From Eledone cirrhosa (Eukaryota), in NCBI GenBank assembly GCA_964016885.1, contig OZ024744.1:75454001-75518000 (forward strand): a stretch of DNA of 64,000 nucleotides. Reading direction: 5' to 3'. The notes under the pieces are model-generated. The model saw only the letters and a program-made list of their open reading frames with translations. It ran no database searches and had not been told where the DNA came from. Position 1 is the first letter of the stretch. Every line of letters starts with the position of its first letter. A program made the position numbers and the translations under genes. This document shows, piece by piece, positions 31,031 to 43,693 of the stretch.

Positions 31031-31685
31031 TTTTTTAATTAAATAGATATGGTATATGTATCTACCGATATGTATTCTTTTCCATGTATACATGTTCCAT
31101 TTAATTTAACTTAAGTTTTATTTATTTGTAATTGTTCGATCTAAAATTAGCATCTTTTCTATTTCATTGAACCATTTTATAATGTTTGCGGCAAGAAAAA
31201 TTCTTATCTCTACCAAATATCTATTCGCACATTAAAATTATTATACTTGTTCCGTGTTTAAATATTGTTTTATTCTGAATCTCAAACACTTGTCCATATA
31301 TAGAACATTTTTTACAGGGCGACGGTATTTGAGTTTTCTCGAATTTTAGACAAGTCTTTCTAGATTTCAGCGATTTTAAAAGTCGCAGTATGTATTTGAG
31401 GTTAAACACTCTATTAAATGCAGATGAATGCATATAGAATATTTAATACACACAATTCTGCAAGAAACAGATACATATCTACGGAGAAAATGTATATAAT
31501 ATGTGTAATTATTATATTGAACGTTACCTTGTTACTATTTATTCTATTTTACTTGTTTTTAAAAGTTATTTGAATGTAGGTATGTATGCATATTTATATC
31601 TATATGTTTTTATATGTTATGTTTACAAGTATACAGAGATACATACATACAAACATATACGCACATATACGCAAATATATACGCA

Positions 31686-31723
<38 letters not shown>

Positions 31724-31769
31724 CATACATAATTCCATCCATCCATCCATACATACACACACATACATA

Positions 31770-32397
31770 GGAAGACATCCCGTACATAATACGAAAGAGT
31801 ACTGGTGGAATGTTCCAGTAAAACCCAATAAAATGCAGGCATAACAGACCAGATATTATGATATGGGACAGGGAGAAGAAAGCATGCACAGTAGTGGAAA
31901 TTAGCTGCCCAGCAGATGCCAATATAATATCAAAGATTAGCGAAAAGGAGAATATTTATGCAGAACTGATGAGAAATCTGCAGATACTCCACCCTGATTA
32001 CACCTTCAGATTTATGCCTGTGATTATTGGAAATGGGGTATGTTAGTAACTGCCTCAATACAAATCTTGAAAAGCTAGGCTTCACAGGAACAGAAAGAAC
32101 ACAACTAGTTAGGAAATTACAAGTACAATCTATTAGTAAAAATATGTAAAACATTCCAAAATATTTGCATCTAATAACTGCATATACACATGTACAGATA
32201 CTAAGCATATACACATGCACACATACAACTCAAAACATACATATCCACACATACAATAACATCCGTATCTACACATGCATACATAATCTACCTAGTTGAT
32301 GTTGTGTAAATTCCAATGAGAGAGTCTTGTGTCTATGTTAGAAATCGACTCTCTCTCTATTGGGAACAAATTTGTGAAATTATAAAACCAGAAGAAC
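31770..32397 (+). mobile_element. R4/Dong family B 3' fragment
   Basis: EYWWNVPV..HNRPDIMIWDREKKACTVVEISCP; ends ..aaaccagaagaa followed by (CATA)n. Confidence 0.85.
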
Positions 32398-32470
32398 ATA
32401 CATACATACATACATACATACATACATACATACATACATACATACATACATACATACATACATACATACA

Positions 32471-33068
32471 TGGCGGTTGCCAACTCGTTTTCAAGTACGG
32501 CCACTACTTTATATCCATGTAGGAGAACCCCTACCGATGCGCTGAACGAGTGTGACTTTTAAGTCCAGCCAGCGACTTGAAAACTCTGGTACACTTGTGA
32601 CAATTATTGACACATAGTGCTGGGCCCATGGTACCATGTGATAACAAGTGCAGAGAGATCTCCATATATAAAACAATGCCTGTGCCGTGAAGCTTTTATA
32701 GTGAGCAAAGGCACTGCATAAAGCCAGTCCCACTCTCTTAACCAAGATGGTATTTACCAAAAAGAAGAACAAGTCAACATCATTGGATACCATCAGGGTT
32801 GCAGGTGTTATATCAGAGTTTTCCTTCTCCTAGAATTCTGCCCTGACAAAGGCTAAGGGGTCATCTCTCCCGGTGATTTTGGATGGCCATTGACTCTTAA
32901 GAGCTCCTTTACCCTTTGACAGGTTTTGTTTTAAGTCCTGCAGGATGTCCAAAGTCCCTCCTCACCAAGAAAGCTTGGTGGGGTTGCCAGTTTAGTCGCC
33001 AACGACCCGACCATGAGACAGGTTGTACTGGGATACATGTTACCAGTAACACCAACTGGTGACCTGAC
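32471..33068 (-). mobile_element. RTE-derived bipartite non-autonomous retroelement, copy 1
   Basis: Minus strand has the RTE-5'UTR-like ctaggagaaggaaaactctgat and ggcaacccca, a C-terminal zinc-finger remnant and a (TGTA)n tail. Confidence 0.7.
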
Positions 33069-33117
33069 ATATATACATACATACATACATACATACATGC
33101 ATGCATACATACATACA

Positions 33118-33659
33118 TGGTGGCTGCCAACTCGTTTTCGAGTACGGCCACTACTTTATATCCATGTAGGAGAACTCCTACCGATGCGCTGAACGAGTGT
33201 GACTTTTTAGTCCAGCCAGCGACTTGAAAACTCTGGTACAAACACTACACCTGTGACAATTATTGACACATAGTGCTAGGCCCATTGGTACCCTGTGATG
33301 AAACGTGAAGATATAAAGCAATGCCTGTGCCGTGAAGCTTTTATAGTGAGCAAAGGCACTGCACGAAGCCAGTCCCACTCTCTTAACCAAGATGATATTT
33401 ACCAAAAAGAAGAACAAGTCAACATCATTGGATACCATCAGAGTTGCAGGTGTTATATCAGAGTTTTCCTTCTCCTAGAATTCTGCCTTGACAAAGGCTA
33501 AGGGGTCATCTCTCCCAGTGATTTTGGATGGCCATTGACTCCATTGACATCCAAAATCACCGGGAGAGATGACCCCTTAGCCTTAGTCGCCAACGACCCG
33601 ACCATGAGACAGGTTGTACTGGGATACATGTTACCAGTAGCACCAACTGGTGACCTGAC
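33118..33659 (-). mobile_element. RTE-derived non-autonomous element, copy 2 (internal inversion)
   Basis: Colinear with copies 1 and 3; retains the C2H2-like CSVCTRVFKSLAGLKSHTRSAH. Confidence 0.7.
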
Positions 33660-33740
33660 ATACCTACATACATACATACATACATACATACATACATACA
33701 TACATACATACATACATACATACATACATACATACATACA

Positions 33741-34349
33741 TGGTGGCTGCCAACTCGTTTTCGAGTACGGCCACTACTTTATATCCATGTAGGAGAACCC
33801 CTACCAATGCGCTGAACGAGTGTGACTTTTTAGTCCAGCCAGCGTATTGAAAACTCTGGTACAAACACTACACCTGTGACAATTATTGACACATAGTGCT
33901 GGGCCCATGGTACCATGTGACGACAAGTGCAGAGAGATCTCCAGATATAAAGCAATGCCTGTGCCGTGAAGCTTTTATAGTGAGCAAAGGCACTGCACAA
34001 AGCCAGTCCCACTCTCTTAACCAAGATAATATTTACCAAAAAGAAGAACAAGTCAACATCATTGGATACCATCAGGGTTGCATATGTTATATCAGAGTTT
34101 TCCTTCTCCTAGAATTCTGCCTTGACAAAGGCTAAGGGGTCATCTCTCCCAGTGAATTTGGATGGCCATTGACTCTAAAGAGCTCCTTTGCCCTTTGACA
34201 GGTTTTGTTTTTAGTCCTGCAGGATGACCAAAGTCACCCTCCTCACCAAGAAACCTTGGTGGGGTTGCCAGTTTAGTCGCCAACGACCCGACCATGGAAC
34301 AGGTTGTACTGGGATACATGTTACCAGTAGCACCAACTGGTGACCTGAC
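33741..34349 (-). mobile_element. RTE-derived non-autonomous element, copy 3
   Basis: Colinear with copy 1; separated from neighbours by (TACA)n. Confidence 0.7.
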
Positions 34350-34414
34350 ATATATACATACATACATACATACATACATACATACATACATACATACATA
34401 CATACATACATACA

Positions 34415-34448
<34 letters not shown>

Positions 34449-34451
34449 CAC

Positions 34452-37252
34452 AAAAAGCCTGAACCAGCGTGGATGCGAAATTTAAAAAGCAAAATGTTGT
34501 CCCTGACACATCGCAGTCCTTATGAAATGCAACATAGAGAGCAACTTCACACGACACCAGGAAGACCTAAAAAAAAGTTAGAGAGACGATTTGGAGATAC
34601 AAAATTTAAAACTTTGAACTCCAAATTACACCAGTTGAAACAACAATTCACAGCCACAACAAAAAGACTATAATATAAGTAAACAGCACATAAACGACAA
34701 GTGCTAAATATATTGTTTACCATAGATTCTAAATCAGTTTATCGCAGCTTCGGTGGCAAAAGCTCAATCCCTGTAAATGACACCCCTTCAAAAGAACAGG
34801 TTGAGAGGTGCTGGAGATCTGTATGCGAAACGGATGACAGATTCAACAGACAAACTGATTGGCTAAAAGAACTGGAACAGGACTACTGCCAACATGTCCA
34901 GACAAAATAATATGACATAGATGGGTCAATACTGGAAACAGCTCTACAGAAAATGTCGAATAGGAAATCACCAGGCCCAGAAGAATTTCACTTTCTATCG
35001 GCAAGATCTCATACGGCTGTTTACAGAAACCATTAAAGGCACACAAGAACTGTCCAGATGGTTATCAACTGCCACTTCTCTCCTCATTCCCCAAAATAGC
35101 CAAACCACCCTTGCTAAAAATTACCGCCCAATAGCCTGCCAAAACATCATGTATAAATTATATACTGGGTGCCTTAACCTGTTCTTACAGGATCACTGTA
35201 CTACCAACAATATTATAACACCTGAGCAAGCTGGTAGAAAGAGGGAGGTGTGGGGTTGCATAGATCACCTACTAACTAATAAAATGATTCAGGAAAAAAC
35301 AACAAAGAATCGTAGAAACATGACTGTGGTGTGGCTGGACTAACAAAAAGCATTTGATAGTGTAACTCATGGGTGGATTATTAAGGCTTTACAGTTAGCC
35401 AAAGTCCCACAACCATTGGTAGCTGCTGTTGAACGCCTGACCAAGAACTGGTACACCAATTTGATCCTTAGAGGTGAGAAGGAGCAAGTTAAGACTGATA
35501 AGATACATTACCAGAAAGGCATCTTTCAGCGTGATAGTTTGTCAGTGCTACTCTTCGTTCTCTCACTAAATCTACTATCTTACCTACTCAGGAAACAAGG
35601 TGGACAAAGAAGTGGGTCCAGAAGTATCTCCCATCTTTTCTTTGTTGATGACCTGAAGTTGTATGGGCCAAATATCAATGACATCAAGAAACAATTGGAC
35701 CTCATTACACAATTTTCAACAGACATCAAAATGAAATTTGGTGAGTGCAAGTGTGAATATTTGGCAGTAAAACGTGGAAGAGCTGTGCCCTCCTCTAGAA
35801 ATCTAGAGATGAACGGCCTGACAATACAACCTCTACAGTCAGGTGACATCTACAGATATCTTGGACAGGATGAGAATGTCAGATATGATGGACCCAAAAA
35901 ATAAGGATAGAACCAGAATTGAATACCTCAGAAGAGTAAAGAAAATATAGTCATCAGAACTGTCAGCGTACAATAAATACATTAGCCACAATACTTATGC
36001 TGTGCCAATTCTAACGCCAACATTTGGCCTGCTGAACTGGTCATTGCAAGAACTAAGTGAGATGAATGTTAGAACTCGCAAACATCTCAGTGTTACTGGG
36101 AACTTTAACATCAATGGTGATGTGGATAGGCTATACTTCTCACGCAAGGAAGGTGGCCGGGGTCTAAAATCCATATTAACAACATATGAGACCCGGATAG
36201 TAACACTGAAGCAATACCTTCAACAGAGGAAAAAGGTTGGCAACCATCTTGGCCAGGTTTATGAGCATGAAAAAAAATATCATTAGAATAGCGACTGATC
36301 TGGAGGAGAGATATGGAATAAAGCCTTATATAAATCTCTCACCCAGAGAAATCGGAAGATCCTATTCAATGTTCAAACAAGATGAAAAAATTGACCAATT
36401 TACAGAAAAAGTTGTGCATGGATACTTGAGACGTAAAACACAGACCACAGAGGGGATAAACCACTCAAAAAGCCTGGCATGGAGTTCCGACAAGTTTATG
36501 ACATCACTCCTTGAGGGATATCTCTATGCAATACAGGAAAAAGAACTCCCTACCAAATATCTGCTGCACAAAAGAGGAGGGCCAGCAGCTGACAATAAAT
36601 GTAGGCTATGTAAAACAAAGATCGAGGATGTAAGCCACATTGTTGCCAGCTGCGAAAGAATGTCATCTCGCTACTACCTCCCATGAGACACGATGGCATA
36701 GCTAGAACCATCTGGAACACACTTCGGAAAACAAAATTAAAAACAAACGGGGAAGAATATATTGAGACAGATGGCACTAAAGAATACTGGTGGAACCTGA
36801 AAATAAAAACTGCCACCAAATTAAAGCACAACCGGCCTGATATTGTTGTTTGGGACCACACATTGAAAACGTGTTCTGTTGTAGAGATCAGCTGCCCATT
36901 TGATGTAAACGTTGTCAGAAAAATACAGGAGACGGAGGACATATACGGACCATTGATGAGGAGTTTACAAATCCAGTATCCAAGATACACCTTTAGCTTC
37001 ATACCCATCATTATTGGAGTTACGGCTTATATACCAACCCGGTTGGACCAAAGTATGACTGAACTTGGATTTGCGGACAAAAAGCGCAGCTCCCTAATTC
37101 ATAGTCTACAAATGGCTGTGATAGCTGGCACTTTCAAAATTTGCAAAACATTCTTGCGATTCAAGGGATGACAATTTCTTTTCTTTTACAACCTTGCCAC
37201 CAGGAAGGTGGCCGGTCAAAATAATATACTCGAAATTAAGAGAAAGAGATAA
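34452..37252 (+). mobile_element. R4/Dong-type RLE non-LTR retrotransposon (family A), 5'-truncated and pseudogenised, inserted in (TACA)n
   Basis: RT motifs NYRPIACQN, EQAG, WLD*QKAFDSV, GIFQRDSLS, HLFFVDDLKLY and YRYLG; CCHC knuckle CRLCKTKIEDVSHIVASC; RHD; RLE RPDIVVWD..VVEISCP; stop at 37171. Split by stops and frameshifts across ORFs 34473-37171. Confidence 0.9.
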
Positions 37253-37879
37253 CATGCACACATACATATATGCCTGTATGTGAACATGTTGGTTGCCGAC
37301 CAGAACTTCGTCTTTCAACAGCTCCCTGTAACAAATTGAAAGAATCAAATGTCTATCATATGTACTTGTATATATGTGGTGTTGTTTTGTGTTTTAAATG
37401 TAAATATAGAGCAATATTAACATATTCTAGAATTATTTTGAATAGAAACTTTTGGTCAACCTTTAGGGCAACTTAGAATATTAGAAAGAATGTCAGCTGT
37501 GATTTAAAAAGTAACATTTTAATATTTAATTCCTTAGAAATAAATGAAAGCTTCAGAGAATTGTGATATTTTTGAGCTGTAAACTTGTGTTTTAGACAAA
37601 ATGTATGAAATACACAAATGCAGTGTGATATAATTTAAAATAATTTATTTATATTAATTACTTTAAAACTCATTAATTAATAACCGAAGTAGAATGAAAT
37701 ACCCAGTAATAAATATATTACAATAGCTTATATAATTATTGCATCTTATTATGTCACTCTCTACTTTCTTTTATTCTCCAGGAGTTACTTATCCGACTTA
37801 CTCAACTATTTTGTAGTTATTCATGTTACTAAAACATCCAAATTCTTGATTATTTTCAGAATCTATGTAAAAATATATC

Positions 37880-38102
37880 ATGTAAATACAATTTAATAGA
37901 AAAAGACAAAGAAATTTAGAGTGAGAAGAGAGAATGGAATGTAAAATAAGAAAATATTTTAAGATAGCAGAAAAGGAAAGGAATGGCAAGGGCTCTAGTG
38001 TCACAGAAGAATGGGGAGGGGAGGAGGGTGATTGGACTCTGGGCCTTGGGTGTGACAATAGTGGGTCCTCACCCCGCGCACAAGACCACAAAAGCATTCC
38101 CA
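37880..38102 (-). mobile_element. CRE-like extreme 3' end/3'UTR
   Basis: Matches 8675-8856. Confidence 0.6.
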
Positions 38103-39939
38103 ACGCACACTTTGACAGCTTTATAAAAAGCTAACATTTTTCAAAATTTTAACATTTTATAGTTTATAGATGGTTGAGTAGAGTTATTATCACGTGTTTC
38201 GTGTCAAAACCCAGTGAAATGGAAAGTGAAGAGAATATATGGGGGGGGGGGGGTTGTGAGTGATTTTAAATTATAACAAAACACTAATTGTTTGTATATC
38301 TTATAAATGTGAATTTGAAGAGAAATTATTTATGATAATAAGATCGATTAAGGCAAATACATTATAAAGTTTAGAATATCGCTTTCAACGAATAATTTGA
38401 ATAGAAATTGAATGTATATCGTTAACTTGGTTTTAAATGACGATTAGAAAACTGGAAACCTTATCTAAGTATATTTTTAAAAAGGCATTACTCAAACTAT
38501 GTTTATGTGAATGATTTTAGGGTTCTTTCTTTTTTTCATTTACATGAGATAATTTATCGACTAAGCTTAATTTGAACAAATGTTATTTGTCGTAAGTTTT
38601 CAAGTATAACAGTAGAGAAGGGATTTGATGAGCATCTACGATGTAACTAAAAAGTTTTCTTACATAGTCGCTTAGAGATGTATATTATAATTTTCATAAC
38701 GTAACGTTGTGGAAAAGGGAGATAATAATTAATATACATCTATCATAGCTATTGCAAGTAATTACTCATTTGGAGGATATGAGTTCAGAGTTTTCTCCTT
38801 CAAACTATTTAAATAAATTAATGTTATCAATTATATCTGATAATATATATCTGGTAAAATATATCACATTTAGCTGCAACTATTTAGTCTCCGAGTTGTT
38901 TGTTATCCAAAAATGAGACAACAGTCATAAAGTGCAACAAAATGAGGTAGAAAATGATCTTTTGATAACTACCTTAACTCTGTATGAATTACAAGACTCT
39001 TCTCTGTTTTGGTTACAGAATTCCTTAATTTTTTATATCAGCGATAAAACCGCTACATCTCGCGGGATGCACTAGCTGAAGTTATTATGTTTTTGATTGG
39101 AATATTTTTTTCCTTAAAATAAGTGACAACTTCTTTAAAAATATAATATTTTCAATAAATACAAAGAGTAATACCTAAATTAAAATAAATAGCTTTTGTG
39201 GTGGGGTGGGTGAGAGATGTCTTCTCTTGTGAAAATGGGTATAGCTTTCATTATGTAAAATCTCCCTATTTTGTCTCATTTCTCCCTGTTTTGGGGCACT
39301 TGTTTTCATGTTTGGGTTTATAGAGGTTGGTGGTCTGATATCACTATAATATTCACCCACATATAGGATAGAAATGAAAAAGCTTACAACTAGTTTTCTT
39401 TTTCTAACGATTAAATACGTCTAAACAAGATGGTTTCATGAGCCCATAAAATACACCAGCGGACTCCAATTTACTATTTAGGTTGCCTGTGCGCCTCCCC
39501 TTTTTTAATTCATATGTTTATTTTATAGACCCCGTAAGGATGAAAGGCGAGGTTAGCTTTACCTTTCATCTTTACGTGGTCAATAAAATAAAGTACCAGT
39601 AATGCACTGGGGAAGATTTTATCGATTTTCCCCTCCCTAAAATTGCTGGCCTTGTGCCTACAGTATAAATCATTATTTTTTTTATCATTGCTTGCTTTGC
39701 TTGGTATTTTGGGACATGCAATCCTCATATCTAATATTGGTATTTTGAAGATATTTTGTGATATGTGATTGCAATGTTTATTGATTTGATTAATTAATTA
39801 ATTAATCTACAAGTATGCTTAGTAAGTGGCAACAGTTAGAGGTGTGGTGAGAGTAGTTTCCGTGAGACATGGTAATGGCTCTTAAAGAAAGTATAACAAT
39901 AACATTGATAATAATAATGGTGAACATACACGTACATGT

Positions 39940-41005
39940 ACACCAGGTCCGAACACAGAGAAGATGAATTCCCACTGACATCGCCTCCATCTTTCTTACC
40001 CTACCCATTTGTCAGGTAGATCAGGTCTGAACACAGAGGCGCCAGACTCCCACTGTCATCGCCTCCATCTCCCACGTACACCAGGTCCTAACACAGAGGA
40101 GCCGAACTCCCACTGTCATCGCCTCCATCTCTCTCGCCCTCTCCATCTCTCATGTTAACCAGGTCCGAACACAGAGGAGCCGAACTCCAGTCATCGCCTC
40201 CATCTCTCTCGCCCTCCGCATCACACATGTACACTAGGTCCGAACACAGAGGAGCCGAATTCCCACTGACATCGTCTCCATCTCTCTCACCCTACCCATT
40301 TGTCAGGTAGATCAGGTCTGAACACAGAAGAGCCAGACTCCCACTGTCATCGCCTCCATCTCCCACGTACACCAGGTCCTAACACAGAGGAGCCAGACTC
40401 CCACTGTCATCGCCTCCATCTCCCACGTCACCTGGTCGAAACACAGAGGAGCCGAACTTCAACTGTCATCGTCTCCATCTCTCTTGCCCTCCCCATCTTT
40501 CATATTCAACAGGTCCGAACACAGGGGAGCCGAACTCCCACTGTCATCGCCACCATCTCTTGCCCTCCTCATCTCACACGTAGACCAGGTACAAACACAG
40601 AGGAGCCGAATTCCCACTGACATCGTCTCCATCTGTCTCACCCTACCCATTTGTCAGGTAGATCAGGTCTGAACACAGAGGAGCCAGACTCTCACTGTCA
40701 TCGCCTCCATCTCCCACGTACACCAGGTCCTAACATAGAGGAGCCGAACTCCCACTGTCATCGCCACCATCTCTTACCCTCCTCATCTCACACGTAGACC
40801 AGGTCCAAACACAGAGGAGCCGAACTCCCACTGTCATCGTCTCCATCTCTCTTGCCCTCCACATCTCTCATGTTCACCAGGTCCGAATACAGAGGAGCCG
40901 AACTCCCACTGTCATCATCTCCACCTCATACGAACACCAAGTCCGAACACAGAGGAGCTGGGCTCCCACTGTCATCGCCTCTATCTCTCTCTCGCACTCC
41001 GCATC
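39940..41005. repeat. GC-rich minisatellite, about 15 units of ~58-78 bp, with higher-order structure
   Basis: Core caggtccgaacacagaggagccgaactcccactgtcatcgcctccatctc plus variable tails. Confidence 0.92.
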
Positions 41006-41010
41006 TACCA

Positions 41011-42290
41011 CTATGAGGTCCCAAACGCTGGCCTCCCTACGGCACAGGCGGACAGAATAGAGAAGCCGTCTCTCCGAAAGATGGTAAGGTGGATGCGTTT
41101 GAAGAGCCTTTCCATCGTACGAGGCTCACACAAGCGGCTCGCCATCTCAGGGCCTATGGTGGTAAGTAGGGAGGTTGCACTAGGGCCAAGGACATCAGAA
41201 GTCTCTACTGCTAGGGGCTCGACTGCAAACCGGTCGGAGAGCGACCGATACTTGGAGAGTACACCCTCCTCAGCCCGAAGTGCAGCAGAACTTGCGTTAG
41301 TCGCAGACTGCACCAGGTTGCCGCTGGAGAATGTGTCGCTGCAAGTGGCGTCCCAGACGAGAGGTTTACCACCACGGAACGGGAAGATTGTCATGCCGTC
41401 TAGCCTTTTGCCGTCCACTCGGTCCAGCCCTACCGGTTCGAGCTTGGAGGAGAAGCCTGCAGCATCCAAGCCATGCTTTATGGCCTCGTTGAGAGCAGCA
41501 TGGCGTGGAAGGTGGCCGGCACTGTGGCGACAGGAAAGCGAGTGGGGTCGAAAGAGTCTATGGTTGATCCGCAGCGACATTTGTGTGACACGCAGATCCG
41601 GAGGCCGAGCCTCAGGGAAACTCCGATTGTCCAGCTGCATGCCAATAGAGAAGGGGGATAAGGAATGGAGCCAGGTACCGTTAAGGCGCTGTGAGACCAC
41701 GCGAAAACATGCAAAGCGATACTTGCTGAGCTGGCGCGCTAGCCTGTCCGAGGCCCGGTTGCACTGGATGGCAACCAAAATACTCTGGGGGAAACTGACA
41801 TCGACAGGAGGAGACGGAGAAGGGACGTCTACTAGGCTAAGTCCAAGCCGGTCCCACGTCTCGCAGGTGGCCTCACGTTCCTCGATAACAGTGGATTCCA
41901 TTGTGTTTAGGAGGACGCAGCATGAGATTACCGACAAAAGTAATGCCAGAAAAGCCAGCGAGACGGGGGACCGGAGGCCAAGGCCAGCATTTCTAACAGG
42001 TAAGGTAGCCTGTTGCCATCCAAGATCGCCAAGCGTGATGTTACGAGGTCAGCAAGGAGAGATGCGTGGCTGTAGCAAGGAACGCTACGTAGAGTGTAGA
42101 GGAGCATCGGCATGGCAAAGTAGTTCCTCAACAGGAAGAGGGCTGGTTAGGCGTTAATTATTGCCAGCCTGCTCTTGAGGGTCTTGAATTCCTGGAGCCT
42201 AGACCTGATGGTTGATCAGATGGCCAGAGGATGGATTGGTGACCCGAGGATGATAACATCCTCTTTAGTGGTCACCTGTACCTGGAGGAG
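41011..42290 (-). mobile_element. CRE-like RLE non-LTR retrotransposon fragment
   Basis: HSLSCRHSAGHLPRHAALNE..DGKRLDG..WDATCSDT..PLAVETS; upstream LPVRNAGLGLR thumb-region motif. Confidence 0.8.
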
Positions 42291-42409
42291 AATAGATCAC
42301 AAATTATTATTTATATTTTGCGATTGTACATCGTTAAAATTGAAACGGATGTAGACATTAATAAAATGATTTGAACGGTTATCTTTGATTTTTAACCTAC
42401 ATTTTATTT

Positions 42410-42772
42410 ATGTATGTATGTATGTATGCATGTATGTATGTATGCATGTATGTATGTATGTATGTATGTATGTATGTATGTATGTATGTATGTACTATAT
42501 GCATGTATGTATGCATGTATGTGTGTGTGTGTGTATGTATGCATGTATGTACGTATGTATGTACGTATGTATGTATATACCTACGTATGTAAGTATGTAT
42601 GTATGTATGTATGTATGTATGTATGTATGTATGTATGTGTCTGTGTACGTATGTATGTATTATGTACAATGTTTATATATATATATATATATATATATGT
42701 TTGTGTGTATGTGTGCGTGTGTGTGTATATTTGTGTGTATCTGGGTGTATATAAGTGTATGTGTGTATGTGT
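42410..42772. repeat. (TATG)n/(TG)n microsatellite
   Basis: Direct reading. Confidence 0.95.
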
Positions 42773-43462
42773 AATTGAGATCAGACCGTCAGTTGCCTTA
42801 ACTTGAATGTAAATTCATCCAGATTAAACCAGACCCAACCACGAACTCAAGAAAACGTAAACTGTACACCTGCGGTCACTAGACCCAGTATACACCTACT
42901 TTGGGAGAATCACGCTGTTAATAAAAACACACGCCTTAGTTAAGTTTCACTGTATCTGTATAATTAGAGAGATAACTAACTCATTCATCTGTTAGTTTAG
43001 TAACTAGATGGTTATTCAATTGCTGTCGAGTGAGTAAAACAAAATCAAAACGAAGAGACACACAAGAGCGAGAATATGTGGCGAAAGAGATTTGACTTAT
43101 AAATATGACTATTTAATATCCACTGAGTTACTAAATTAACTGATAGATGGATTAGTCACCTAACTACTAATTCTTTCTAAAATTAACACAAGAAAGTGGA
43201 ACGTTGATTATAGCAATCCCGGTATCTAAGTGTTGCTTTACTTTATCGACCACGGAAAGATGAATATCGATGTTGACTTCGACGAGATTTGAATTCAGAA
43301 CGTAGAAAGTTGTAACTAATTACCGCAGAGCATTTAGTCTAAGCTCTGCCGATACTGCCATTCCACCACACTTGCATCTAGTTATCTATAATAATGAAAA
43401 CTAAATTGAAAATGAACTGGTGCTCGTCAGTGTGTGTGTGCTTAATAAGAATGAATGTATGA

Positions 43463-43520
<58 letters not shown>

Positions 43521-43619
43521 ATAATAATATATTTGAAGACTAAAATCCAAAGAGGGCTCGATAAGGATAAATATATATCAAATATATAAAAACCGTAGAG
43601 CAAATATTTATTAAAATAA

Positions 43620-43693
43620 CAGATTAAAGTTTAAGCAAAGAATCGCTGCTTTCACCCTTAACGGGATCTTCTGAAACTAACAGAGTCAATCTG
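43620..43693 (-). ncRNA. Variant type I hammerhead ribozyme in PLE pLTR
   Basis: Reverse complement of 45270-45343 apart from one bulge base. Confidence 0.72.

Noticed and set aside
34255-34349. HDV-like ribozyme at the RTE-derived 5' end
   Set aside because: A CUAA + P2-like end exists, but I could not build P1 or a proper P3/L3. Kept only as an unclassified structured candidate.
37300-39500. Host gene exons in AT-rich unique DNA (also 46620-49700 and 63000-64000)
   Set aside because: No convincing ORF or paired splice signals. Small exons cannot be excluded without RNA-seq.
39940-41005. CRISPR-like array (constant ~50-bp block + variable part)
   Set aside because: The variable parts are short, related to each other and recur periodically. 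There are no cas genes and the context is eukaryotic. It is a minisatellite.
41081-42157. 358-aa plus-strand ORF (also 13722-14198 minus)
   Set aside because: Antisense shadow of GC-rich CRE-like coding sequence; the recognisable motifs are on the other strand.
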